A DNA stretch of 64,000 nucleotides from the NCBI GenBank assembly GCA_051362555.1, contig CM120646.1, positions 4,340,001 through 4,404,000 on the forward strand. Reading direction: 5' to 3'. The notes under the pieces were generated by a model that was not told the origin of the DNA, searched no databases, and saw only the letters and a list, made by a program, of their open reading frames with translations. Source of the DNA: Lingula anatina. Taxonomy: Eukaryota > Animalia > Brachiopoda. The translations under genes and the position numbers were made by a program. Of this stretch, positions 40,601-51,100 are shown one piece after another; the stretch's first letter is position 1; each line of letters opens with the position of its first letter.

Positions 40601-42389
40601 ACATTCTTAAGTCAACACCCTTGCCCCCCCCCCCCTCCGCACGAAAAAAAAAATCTTACCCTGGACACTCCTCCTGCACCTGTAAAGACAAATGTCAATG
40701 GTCCCACACACATCTCGCCCTCCGCAATACGCCTGCCTACGTCACGTACAGCTTGACATGCTGCCTCATAGGACACATAGTTGTGGGCCATAGCAATGTG
40801 CTGGAATCAGAGAAAAGGCCACAATCATGGGGGCTAAAAATGACTAGAAAAACACGAACAGAGTGAAGACCTCCGCCAAGGAAACTCGATTCTCATTTTA
40901 ATGAAATATGAAAATATTTATTTGCCTTTCTCTCACTGAACAATTTAAAAACTAAAATACCATAAAGACAAGTCCAGAATTAGGCAAATTTCAAATTCAT
41001 TGTTGAAATATGTACTCATTGTTGAAATCTGAGGACCATGTCTTGACCAGCTTAACATTGGTATATCAGTGAGTCACCAGAGTTTTAACAACTTTCACGT
41101 AGAACTAGCCTTTATGTAATCACTGGGCAGCCAGAAACTTACAGCAAAGGGTGTGTTGAAGCCAAAGGCCATAAGTCTCAGCCCTATACCATGCAATATG
41201 TTCAGCACTCCCACTATACCCGCGAACCTGCTCATGGCTGACGCTGGCCAGATCCCGGGGCCACTGGTCAGCTTCTCATAGTCCACAAGACGAATGTTCT
41301 GGAAACAGCAGAGAAAGATTTGTACTATATTAATATTGTTATTCTTTGACATTGAAATAGCAATTTGATTTTGAGGTCTATCCAATTTTTATTCAATTTT
41401 TCTTTTGCATGTTCTTGAAATAACTTTCAATATTTCAAAAATCAAATGACAACATATACCTTTTCCATTGTGTCTTTGCCTTCATTGTATATCATTATGT
41501 GCATACATACATCTGCATATACTAGTACTTGCATACATACAACTATACCTTTTCTAGTATGGCATCCAGCAAAGGCATGCTATGTGGCTGTGCCTTGATG
41601 GTATGAGAGAAGAAGGTGTAGGTTTTGTTTGGTATCAGGGACTCTATGCTCATGTCCTTGATACTGGTGATAATAGAAGCCTCACTCATGTCTTCCTGGA
41701 TGGTAGCACCTGCTTCCTGGTACTCCTGGAATTACAGAAAATCTTTGGCATAAATAAAAAAATTAAATATCACACTGCATATTCTAACATGACACATTTT
41801 TTGCAAGACATAAATTTTTAGTTACTCACAAAAATACACTTTCCCACACGAGGCTACTTAACTTTTAAAAACTTATGGAACAACAGCTTAAAGCATAATT
41901 TAAAAATACTGTATTGAAAAAAATTCATTTATGCATTTAGTTCAAATTAAATGTGAAATAACTAGTTAACAATGATTTCACCCTATTCAGTTCCATGTAT
42001 TATCTATGACAAATATGATAGGGTGTGTAAATAGTGGATCATTTTAATGTGAGTGATAATTTAAATAATACTGGTCATCGAAATTCCATATCTAACCTTT
42101 TGCTTTTAGGAAACATCTTTTTTCTCAAGAAGTACACCAGAAATACTAGTAATTCTGCTGGACGTGTCAGCCAGCTGGTTAGGTCAACTCACTGCACATG
42201 AACAAGATTTACTCATAAACCATCTATAATGTCTACAATCACCTTCACAGTATATCCTCGCCTTTTTGATGGTTGCACGATGACCTTGACCCCTTCCTCC
42301 ACCAGCTGGCGTACCTGGCGTGGCCCCAGGGTTGCCCTCCTCTCCCAGGGGTTGTATTGCTCTCTACTCACTGCAACCACCCCCACCAT
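37651..42389 (-). CDS. Stand-alone LKR-like (AlaDH/PNT fold) oxidoreductase A, ~457 aa; exons 42389-42243, 41725-41549, 41298-41143, 40800-40660, 40307-40229, 39401-39274, 39013-38733, 38434-38323, 38019-37954, 37737-37651
   Basis: [93 protein letters not shown]. Homologous to the AASS N-terminal domain; stops where the SDH domain would begin. Confidence 0.92.
39850..40060 (+). mobile_element. Degenerate 3' fragment of a Penelope-like element in an LKR-A intron
   Basis: gatctacctgacagttataaaaggatcctgcccgctatgccacctagtggtcagt...cagtctgatgaaggcct matches the reverse complement of 55870-55970. Confidence 0.75.
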
Positions 42390-42820
42390 CTTGACCTGTT
42401 GACCAATTAACTGCTCCCTGAACACCAACAATATATTTTTTACTAGTATATTATTGTAATTTTTTAATATAATTTTGCATTAATTTATAAATCATCTGCT
42501 GGAAATGATAAGAATTCATGGAATATTATATTATATTTTTTTAAAATAATTTTGCATTTACTTATACATCATCTTGGTTGGAAATGATAAGAATGAATAG
42601 TATTATATATATCACAAATAAATTGACAATATTATGTGCATGCAGATAGCTACCGTATATGCCAATTTTATCTGGTAGGTATACACAGTTTCCCTTAATA
42701 CAATATATAAAATACAATAAATGATTTCACGTCTGGTAGAAGATAAAGGGAAACAGGTATTATAGCTTTGCAGCTATTCACCTACAAGGGATTATTACAT
42801 GTACATGCACGCACATGCAC

Positions 42821-42824
<4 letters not shown>

Positions 42825-42865
<41 letters not shown>
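42825..42865. repeat. (CA)n microsatellite
   Basis: Seen directly. Confidence 0.95.
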
Positions 42866-42866
<1 letters not shown>

Positions 42867-43410
42867 GGAAAGCATTACATGTTCATTGCAGCATAGGGTG
42901 GATGTTAATAATTTGCTTTCCTAAATATATATGACTACCATATACTGGTATATATTAGCCCTATGTGAAAGTCTCCACATTATAACTTGAACAATTACTG
43001 TAAGATGATGCTGATGTTTTCCAGTGCACATGATGGCAACATTCCTGATAATTTCTCGCAGACACACCGAGTACTGTCTGCGTCTGGAATATGGCCAGCT
43101 GCATTTTGCATCCATTTTAAGACATTATAACAGTAGCCTGGGAATGTAACACTAATATTATAGCGCACAATTAGCAGACAACAGCAGATATTTTGTAAAT
43201 ATACTTACCAGAAATAGAAGGTCTATAACACGTGTCCCCTGCGTCTGCTTGAAAGGTCAATTAAAGCAGAATTGCCTCGATCCACAAGAAAATGCTGCAC
43301 AATATCAATGAATCATAATATGAAGAGGTCAAACATAAACATCAGTACCCTATAATGTACTGCGCATGCCCATTAGCACTTCGTGAACCCACCAACTCAG
43401 TACGGAGTAA

Positions 43411-43628
43411 AGGGTGCATTCCCATAGATTATAGATCGATCTATCCCCGTGGGGAGTCTCACTACATTACTGTCAGATAATCCAGCTTAAATGTCCGTCC
43501 CGCCTACTACAAGCTGTAAGGGGGTAATTAACTTTCATGCCCGCTCGGCGGACAGCTATTTAGCGTGAACCCCCAGGGAGTTAGGTCGATCTAGTTGGAT
43601 CGATCTAATCTCTGGGAATGGGTTCCTA
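43411..43628 (+). mobile_element. ~210-bp MITE, copy 1
   Basis: TIRs CATTCCCATAGATTATAGATCGATC / GATCGATCTAATCTCTGGGAATG. Confidence 0.8.
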
Positions 43629-43669
43629 TACAAACATAAATAACTCCATGGGAAGTCTACCAATGTAGT

Positions 43670-43815
43670 CAGCTGGGGGGTAAAGATAATTACCCCCTAA
43701 CAGCTTTACTAGGTGTGACAGACATTTTAAGCCCGTCAAGTTGACAGCAATTTATATTTAGTGAGACTCCCCAGGGAGATAAATCGATCCAAATGTCTGT
43801 GGGAATGGTCCCTTA
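43670..43815 (-). mobile_element. Partial inverted copy 2 of the same MITE
   Basis: taattaccccctaacagcttt...agtgagactccccagggagataaatcgatc..gggaatgg is the reverse complement of the 5' part of copy 1. Confidence 0.7.
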
Positions 43816-45674
43816 TTAACTGAATAATGTTATGATTAAAATTCGGTTAACGGGGCTAAGACAGGTTGATCTCTTTCTTCAAATGTTCTAGACAGGTTGA
43901 CTAAATTCAACAAAAAAAAAAAAAAAAACGATAAATAAATATATAGACGCTGTTTGCTCCCCCCCCCTCCCCCCCATCATCCCAACCCAAAGTTCTGAGT
44001 CAGAGTTGTGGCGGCATAAATTGCAACAGTTGAGATTTTGAGGAGTGAACATCTAGCTAGGTGTGGTCGCCTTTGCTAACGTGATAAATATTTAAATTTC
44101 AATATCTTTAACAAAATGTCACAATTAATTCATTCATTAATTACTTTATAATATTGATAAATAAAATATAGTTCTTAAATGAACACTATCTTTCATTTTT
44201 GACTATAGTTCATTTCATTTACTTTCAATAGACCTGCGTGCATGCTATACAGGATATGCCAATGGGTTATTTTTAAAAAGTAGAGGAAATATTAAATATC
44301 CATGTCTTCTCATCAATGGACATTGGTCAGTTTGTTAAAGTTTGATTGTGTGTTCTGGAGCACTGACTAAAACCACCTGTACTCCGCTGTGCACGAATTA
44401 CATTACAGTTGTTGCATATATTTGTTGGTTTTGGACGCTGTTTATCAGCCAGGGAATACCCATCAATCAATCCTCTGTCTCTACGAAGTCACACAACAGG
44501 TATGGGTCTACTCTTAAAATAAAGAAAAACAGTAAACCACCAGATTTATTACGGTGCCATGACACGGCCATGACCGTCTATCATGACATCCGATATCAAG
44601 CAGAAGATTTTTGGAAAATCTGTCGCGCTCTTGTAATTCAGAAAATCATTTTTCTGATAATTAAAAGTTCTTCAATATTTTAGACCTATGCACGTGTAAC
44701 TCTAAATATTTTGTGAGATATGCAGCTTAATTCATTGTTCAGATGGTAGGCCCTATAATGGTCTATTCAAGCTATTGTAAACAGTCATTCTGGAAAAATT
44801 AAGACATGCGACCTCCTTTAGCTTGTTCAGGTACGACTATTCCAATGATTACTACCCGATATATAGAGACAACATATTCTTCACTTTTGATACAAAACAA
44901 ATGAGAATTTATGTTATGTTCCTCACACTGTACACGTGCGATATTTAAGACATAAAGTGAAATAAATTTATAAAACAGTTAGGTGAGAATAGTGCCAATA
45001 AAAATATAAAAACAACTAGCTATTATTGGTATTTTTTACACTAGGCCTAATCTAACTACATTGTGTACCATGATATTAGGAATTTCATTTTTCAAATTTG
45101 TATGAAAAATGAGGACGTCAAAAGTAGACATATAAAACCTTAATTGATGATGGTCGAGATGAATTGCGGAACCCACCGAGCAGTAGCAAATAGGTGTGTG
45201 AAGCGGAGCGTACAACAATAGACGTCACGGAAATTTCCCGCCGCTCCTAAATATTGAGGTCACGGTGGACCACGTATGGACGCAATAACAAACATGATTG
45301 GAAAAGTACATATCGGACATGTAGCTGCGCCCGGAATTGCGATTTTTTTTCAAATTATTAACAAATGAATCACTGATCACCCAAAAATGTGAAGAAGCTA
45401 TATAGGTGATCACGTGCGTGAAATGAACCGTTGACATTCATGGTATAAACATATGTGGAAAAGCACATTTGGGTCAAGGTGTAAATAATACAATGGAATT
45501 ATGATAAACAGTATGCCCAGATGCTCGAGGTCGCCGCGAGGACTTCCTTTAACGATGGGATTTTGTCATAAAAAAGTTTAAACTCTTACTGCGTATTTGG
45601 AATTGTATCTTCTAGATTACATGTTGTTTTCAATATGCCAATACCTGGAGCTTATGGTTCTATTTCGGAACTGC

Positions 45675-45675
<1 letters not shown>

Positions 45676-45730
<55 letters not shown>
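45676..45730. repeat. (CT)n(GT)n microsatellite
   Basis: Seen directly. Confidence 0.95.
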
Positions 45731-48141
45731 TTGTTTGTGAGTGTGTTCTCGCTCATTTACTTTTTGTTTTCAATCTTGACACGGAATAACAATCTGATAT
45801 TCTTCTTTTTTACATCTAAGAACTCTTAATGGTAAACTTTCAGCGTATGTTATAGCTATCAATTTTATTTACGTTAATGCATTGACCTTCACCCCAAATG
45901 ACTCATTATGTAATTATATAAAGCATTTAATCGATGGCTCATTTTATAGCCGAATACAGTCGTCATGTACCCGGATATCTTGCTAGCTGCGCAAATATCT
46001 CGATCTTTTTCAGTGGAATTTTCCAGAAACAAGCGCCGTATAAAATCGCATGCACGTGACCTTTACAGTCAATTTCCTGCCTGCTACGTCTCCGATAACA
46101 CATGTGACTTTACTTGCAGAGTGAATAATAAACCAGGTGAGCTAAAACTCCGTTTGTAAATAGTCTAAATTAATAAGACTGTGTAAATTGGTATTTCAGA
46201 TAAGAATTGTAGTATTTTTTCACAAGCAAGGTCTTTTTAAATATTTCATTGGACTCACAATTTATTGTAAAGTTTAGATACATTTCCCATGCGGTAAACG
46301 CGGGTTGCCCATCTACTGCCGGTGTACAGTATCCCTTTTCGTGCGGCGTCTGTGTGGAGGCACCGGGGGCAGGCAGAGGTCTTACGATATCGTGCGGATG
46401 TACGACCTCCGTAGCCCTTATGAATTTGTCAAGCTTGCGCTGAAACTTTGAACAACAATTTTAAATTGCAATCCCATAAGCTGTAGCAATATCGTGGACG
46501 GCGTTGCGCAGTTTTGAATATTGCTCAGTTTTTAGTTTGTCTCTTTCTCTTTCCCCCTTTGGTATCTTTAAGAGGCAAAACATTAGTGAAGATATTTAAA
46601 ATTCGCCAAAATTTACGCGTCTCCTTATTTAGACCACCTGAGTGCTGAAATAACGCGGGGATAGGGGTATACACCGACAACATATCGATCATCAAGTAAG
46701 ACGCACGAAGGGTGCACGGCAATTGCGCTTGTACTGAGGCTGCACGCAAGGGGCTTCATATTATCACTGTTTTACCGACAAATCATCCTACTTGACTTCA
46801 AGGTTATGTCGGCACCCGTAGGCCCCAGTATAAAGTGAAAAAACATACACGCCGTAGCCCGCCGAACCTTACCGATGTTAGATAAAATGTGTGCGTCGCC
46901 CGTGGCGAATGTAAAAATCCACCTCTCCCTCTCTGAGACTTCAGCTAGAACTCTTTTCAGTCTTGTTACGCAATCTTCTGCATAGACCGACGAATTAAAA
47001 AAAAAACTTTCTTAATTGCTGTTCTACTAATAAAGTATATTTTGACTGAAGTAAAAGACTGGAAATAGAACGGTTTTGGTTGTCGTCAAATACTCCAAAA
47101 TTAATGATAAAACCTTATGACGGCGTCATGGTCCACTGATTTCACAGGTAAAAATACAGGTATACATTTAATTGGTATTTCATTCAGATTATACTACTAA
47201 ATAATGTAAAAACAATTTGTGCTAATTTTGAAGCCTAATTGTTTGTGATAGAGCAGCTGTCAGATATGAACGCTTTGTATGTCCGTCAGAGTGCACAGGT
47301 CCAAGATATGCTGAGGAGGGCAGGGGGGAAACAAACGTTTTGCTATGACTCGCTCGGCAATTATAAAGGAGTGGACGAGGGCGATTATACTATAATATTC
47401 AGGACCACGGAGAAGGTAAAATTAGCCGATATTGTCTTCAAATAATAGAGATGCGTAATTCCTATGGTATACCTGCTCCACAACATTACCCGGAGCCTTA
47501 CGAGGATTTAATCATACAAATTAGGCGTGTTACTTAACCTACTGAATAATCCAAGCCCGACCAGACACTAACTTGTTCCTATCAATCATATGTGATGGAA
47601 CGCCTGTCAGATATCGGATATGGTTGTCATGTTTCAATACATCAGCATTTTATGCTATTGTGTTACATGCAGTTGACACAGTTGTCATATTGTATTGCAT
47701 TTCAGGAGTAAAATTGGACCAAGGTGTCAGTATCAGTATAACTCATGATACTTGTCCTCCTCCGATTGTTTCGATTTTGTGTTAAAATCGACCTGTTTAG
47801 AAAGATAAGTTCCATAGCAAAACGGTGCAGAAAACGGGTAAATGTTGGTCATAAATCTTCAAAATGATGAATATGTACAATCTGATGAATCCTGAACGAG
47901 TGTTTCTTATTGATCTGTCAATAATAATCGAACAAAACATGTGATCTTATCTTTCAATTTGTAAGTGAAGATGTTTAGCACAGCCAACAAGTGGAACTGT
48001 CGGCCGTTACTGAACACAGTTGACAAAATGTGTTTGCATATTTTCACAGCAGTATAAAACGAAAGTGAAAGTGGTGACATCTTGGAAGTATGATAATTAC
48101 AAATGAATCAACTCGAATTTAATGATTAATTTCAGATCACA

Positions 48142-51100
48142 ATGCCAAGCAACAAAGCGATCCTTGGAATTTCCCGCGAATATTACAACCCGTGGGAACG
48201 GCGGGCGGCCTTGTCTCCCGACCACGTGGCAAGTCTCGTGAAGGAGGGAGTGCAAGTGCTTGTTCAACCCTCCAAACGCCGTGGGTACACGGAGAAGGTA
48301 CGTAGTGCACAGTATCACTAAAAACGCATATTCATAAAGATTAAGATTTAGATCGACCTAACTCCCTGGGGGTTCACGCTAAATTGCAGTCAGCCGAGCG
48401 GGCACCATAGATAATTACCCCCTTACAGCTTTTAGTAGGCGGGACAGACGCTTAAGCCGGCCAAGCTGACAGTAATCTAGTGAGACTCCCCACAGGAATA
48501 GATCGATCTAAAAATCTATGGAAATGGGGTGTATGTAAACCATGACCTGCGTATTATGTATGTACCAGTACACGCAGACATTCATTTCATAAAATTAGGA
48601 AAGAAACACAATGCTGATTTCAATTACTTTGATGATAAAGAAAACAGGCAAGTAGGAAGCACGTTTTAGTAGAGGGGGAATCATCATCCACAACAGAAAA
48701 CCTCAAGGTACAAAATTCGACATCGGTTGAAAAAGTGTGCTTAGTGTGCTTAAAAGCCCCCCCCCCCCCCCCCCCCCCCCCCCACCTCGCCCCTCTCACC
48801 CCCAAACACTCCTTTCAATACTTCGGAATAAAAACATGGCCTTGCAAACCAGACAAGCAAAATCATTATTTCTTTTTCTGATAGGAATACCAAGAAGCGG
48901 GGGCTGAGATTCGAGAAGATTTGTCGGACGCTACCTTGATCACTAGTATCAAGCAGATTCCAGAGGAGTATCTCATTCCCAACAAAACGTACTCTTTCTT
49001 TTCACACACCATCAAGGCGCAGGAACATAACATGCCGCTGCTTGACGCCATTCTGGAAAAGGTGAGAAAATTGGCCACTATTTCTTCATTTTACGGAACC
49101 TGAGACACAGCCAAGCAGGTGTATTTAATCTTCTTCTATTCTGAGTTCTTGCAAAGAAAAAATTTCTATTCGGCCTGAATTAACCTTTTACTTTTTTCCT
49201 TTAGTTCAATCACATGAAAATTTGAAGTACCTACCTCTTCAATCATTTCGTTAAATAAAGATTCAGGACACCTAGTGGGACTCGATGATCTTGATCTGTC
49301 TTTCAGAACATACGTATCGTGGACTATGAGAAGTTAGTGGATGGTCCAGGAGAGTGGCCGGCCAAAGCCATGAGTAGATATGCCGGTATAGTTGGCATGG
49401 TGGATGTTCTCAGCGGGCTGGGACTGAGACTGTTGGCACTGGGATTCAACACACCTCTACTGGTAAGTTGGCTTCGGTGCTTTTATTGGGGGGAAACGTT
49501 ATTGCAGCAATAGATGGCGCCAGATGCCATGCAGCTTAAACTTTTCAGATTTCAAGATTTGCAGGCCTATGTATACGGAATTTTGAGCTCGGATTTCGTA
49601 ACTTATTTCACATTAGCAGACCACGTGTCTTGTTTGGACATTTGTTTGGACATTTCATACGACCTGTTTAATTTACAACATAATTCTTCGACATCAGTAG
49701 TTTGAGAGAATTGATACATTTTAAAGATATAAAAAACGTAAGAATAATGTAGAACGTGGGGAAACATTTCTTTTATATTTCAGAACATGCTGTTTCAAGA
49801 TTTGAAAACATTTTCTCAATTGCGATTACATTTCTTAGGGGCATATAGCGATTTACAGCTTAAATGGGCTATTTCTTTCAGATTAAGAGCGTGTGCAGTT
49901 GTTCATATGTGACTTTACCGTGAATTTCAGACCACTGTCTCTGGCTTGTCTCTGACCAGTTTATGTTCTTTGTTACCTGGTTGATTTGCTGACAAGAGAT
50001 TGAATCCCAAGGGATCCTGAAACTTAGGGGTGGGTGGGTGTAAACAGTTCATACAGTCTGCTTGATGAGTTTGCGTAGCGGAGATAACAAAAAGTATGTC
50101 ATGATCAAAGTTCCAGAACAATGAACTTAACTAGAATCTAGTATTTTTTAATCATATATCATTGACAAACGTTCATTTATTCAAAACCGAATGAGACGTC
50201 TGTGGTAGGATTTTGGATTTGAAGTGTGCCATAATGGGCTCATAATAATTGACTCATATTGTTATGATATTCAGTATATAGTAGTATGCATATTTGTGAA
50301 AAAGTATGGAATTTCTTGACAGCATTTGACACATGTAGGAAAACATAGGCAAATAATGGTTCATTTACAGAAAGAAATAGGAACGTTTTACCTAATTTGG
50401 TCACGATGATTCTGGTAAACCAACAACAATTTATCTCGTAATTTATATGCATGCAGTAGTTTGTTTTTTTATTAAGAGTTTTCATATTTGAAAGATGTGC
50501 GAGTTGAAAGTATGTATTTGCATTTAGTTGTATGAGAATTTGTTTGTTAATGCGTATTTACTGATAGTAGTAAGGTCAGAAACTTGGTAGAGAGATCCAA
50601 AACCAACACTTTGTCTTGGGTTTCACGTACACAGACAGGATCGCAAATGAAGCATCAGATGTCTACCACTATATGACGGAATCACATTTCAACAAAGGTG
50701 TTGAAAGTGACGAAAACAAGAGAAATTGAAACAACTTTGCAACGGTTGTAAATCCTAACTTTACGTCTGAAATATATGCGTCTGCAAAAATCTTGTTTCG
50801 AATCCTGATGGTAAAGCATAAATTTCTCACATTTAGCTAAGCATACCTTATAAGTCATTTCTCCAGCTGGGACTTTTCTGGAAGTAAGAACGTCGGCCAC
50901 TGAAAGCTATGGGAGAATAGTGGTTTCAACAAAGCAAAATTAAGTTGTCTGAAACACAAAACGAATTCTTTCGTTGTTCGACAATTACCTTTAAGTCCAA
51001 TTCAAACCACAAAACTCTTGTCCCGTATGGAGAAATGGAAAGTGTTGGTAGTACTGTTGATGATATATATAATAAAGGTTTTTTAAAAACCTTTACAATG

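Noticed and set aside
47239-47445. 68-aa ORF upstream of LKR-B
   Set aside because: No recognisable motif or consistent splice partners
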